Source: an uncultured Muribaculaceae bacterium
GTDB taxonomy: Bacteria; Bacillota_I; Bacilli_A; RF39; UBA660
Direction: 5' to 3'
Assembly (NCBI GenBank): GCA_964368535.1
Contig: CAYJBC010000002.1
Span: forward strand, 3,294 to 56,755
Length of the DNA: 53,462 nt
This document shows, one piece after another, positions 52,920-53,462 of this stretch (positions are counted from its first letter, which is position 1; each line of letters begins with the position of its first letter). The notes beneath the pieces were generated by a model. The model was not told the origin of the DNA and searched no databases. It saw nothing but the letters and a program-made list of their open reading frames with translations. A program made the translations under genes and the position numbers.

Positions 52920-53384
52920 TTATTTTAATCTATTAGATTCAGCAATGACAATTACCTGGTTAGTGCTTCCTTTAATATCAAAAGTCATTAAGTTGTTTAT
53001 TACAGGTAAATTAAATTTATAAAACAATATTATTTCAAAAATTCCTTCATCTTCTTTTATACAGTAGTAGTACGAAGTGTTATCTGTAACTTTAGTTACA
53101 GTTGTTCCATCTAAATCACTTACTCCGTAATACGATTTTTCACCTTCTGCTGCGACTGGACATGATCCTCTAGTATTATAACCTTCTGAAGATAACAAAT
53201 TACTTACTATCTCTTGGCTAGTAGTAGAAAAACCTTCATATTCTTCAACTATTGATATAATATCATTTCTTATTCTAAATGCATCTGTGTAATTTAAAGT
53301 TAATATTAAAAAAGCTGCAAATAGCATGATAAAAATTACTATTAAACCAAAAGTCCACGTTGTTCCTTGTGCTTCTCTCATCAT
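52920..53384 (-). CDS. Hypothetical membrane-anchored protein (TadE/pseudopilin-like topology)
   Basis: 154 aa. MMREAQGTTWTFGLIVIFIMLFAAFLILTL is a short polar head followed by one hydrophobic helix. No canonical G|xxxxE pilin motif. Confidence 0.3.
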   Translation of the reverse strand: MMREAQGTTWTFGLIVIFIMLFAAFLILTLNYTDAFRIRNDIISIVEEYEGFSTTSQEIVSNLLSSEGYNTRGSCPVAAEGEKSYYGVSDLDGTTVTKVTDNTSYYYCIKEDEGIFEIILFYKFNLPVINNLMTFDIKGSTNQVIVIAESNRLK

Positions 53385-53390
53385 TTCACC

Positions 53391-53462
53391 TTAGCTTTCA
53401 CAACCATTTAATACTTTAGTTTCACCAGTTACATCAAAATTAAAAAATGTTTTTAATACTGG
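53391..53462 (-). CDS. C-terminal fragment of an upstream gene (start beyond right edge)
   Basis: Hand translation of the reverse complement gives PVLKTFFNFDVTGETKVLNGCES, then TAA at 53393-53391, 6 nt before the next start codon. Confidence 0.4.
   Translation of the reverse strand, partial: PVLKTFFNFDVTGETKVLNGCES

Noticed and set aside
1-53462. Alternative genetic code (TGA=Trp, Mollicutes-like), given the very low GC
   Set aside because: Conserved genes end at TGA, for example 878..2515 and 26620..27675. Trp in the conserved motifs I checked is TGG, and no long ORF needs TGA read-through.
1-53462. CRISPR arrays, rRNA genes, IS elements, prophage blocks
   Set aside because: I saw no regularly spaced direct repeats, no rRNA-like conserved stretches, and no transposase, integrase or phage structural motifs on either strand.

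Overview
AT-rich (well under 35% GC by eye) chromosomal segment from a standard-code Bacillota genome. TGA ends conserved genes and Trp is TGG. The gene set looks Bacilli/Erysipelotrichia-like: Bacillus-type dnaB-dnaI and dnaD, recU-ponA, gpsB next to a type-B RNase P RNA, rodZ-like-pgsA, recA-rny and a CotD-like spore coat gene. Almost all genes are on the minus strand. Recognisable housekeeping content: sufS-sufU, argS behind a T-box leader, a Ca-type P-type ATPase, a DUF21-CBS protein, a PBP5-type DD-carboxypeptidase, a GT2-GtrA fusion, ftsY-ylxM, RNase J, RNase Y, recA, tRNA-Ala(UGC), rpoZ, nth, cca and a NatAB-like ABC exporter. I saw no rRNA, CRISPR array, IS element or integrase. The outstanding region is about 4.4-19.3 kb, plus two related genes at 0-2.5 kb. 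It is an expanded SipW/TasA-like fibre locus. It has at least eight proteins with a TasA/camelysin-like domain; four carry a TYAWF motif typical of SipW-cognate signal peptides and three others a variant of it. It has three SipW-type signal-peptidase genes: one canonical, one fused to a roughly 650-aa tail, and one apparently degenerate. Translationally coupled inside the same operon are a membrane-anchored McrB-like AAA+ NTPase and a DUF2357/McrC-like partner with no visible nuclease motif. That combination is my best candidate for an undescribed system. A second oddity lies at 50.9-53.5 kb: two tandem paralogues with near-identical 5' halves and divergent Cys-rich tails, next to a TadZ/CpaE-like degenerate ATPase. 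All homology calls come from motif recognition by eye and need HMM or structure confirmation.
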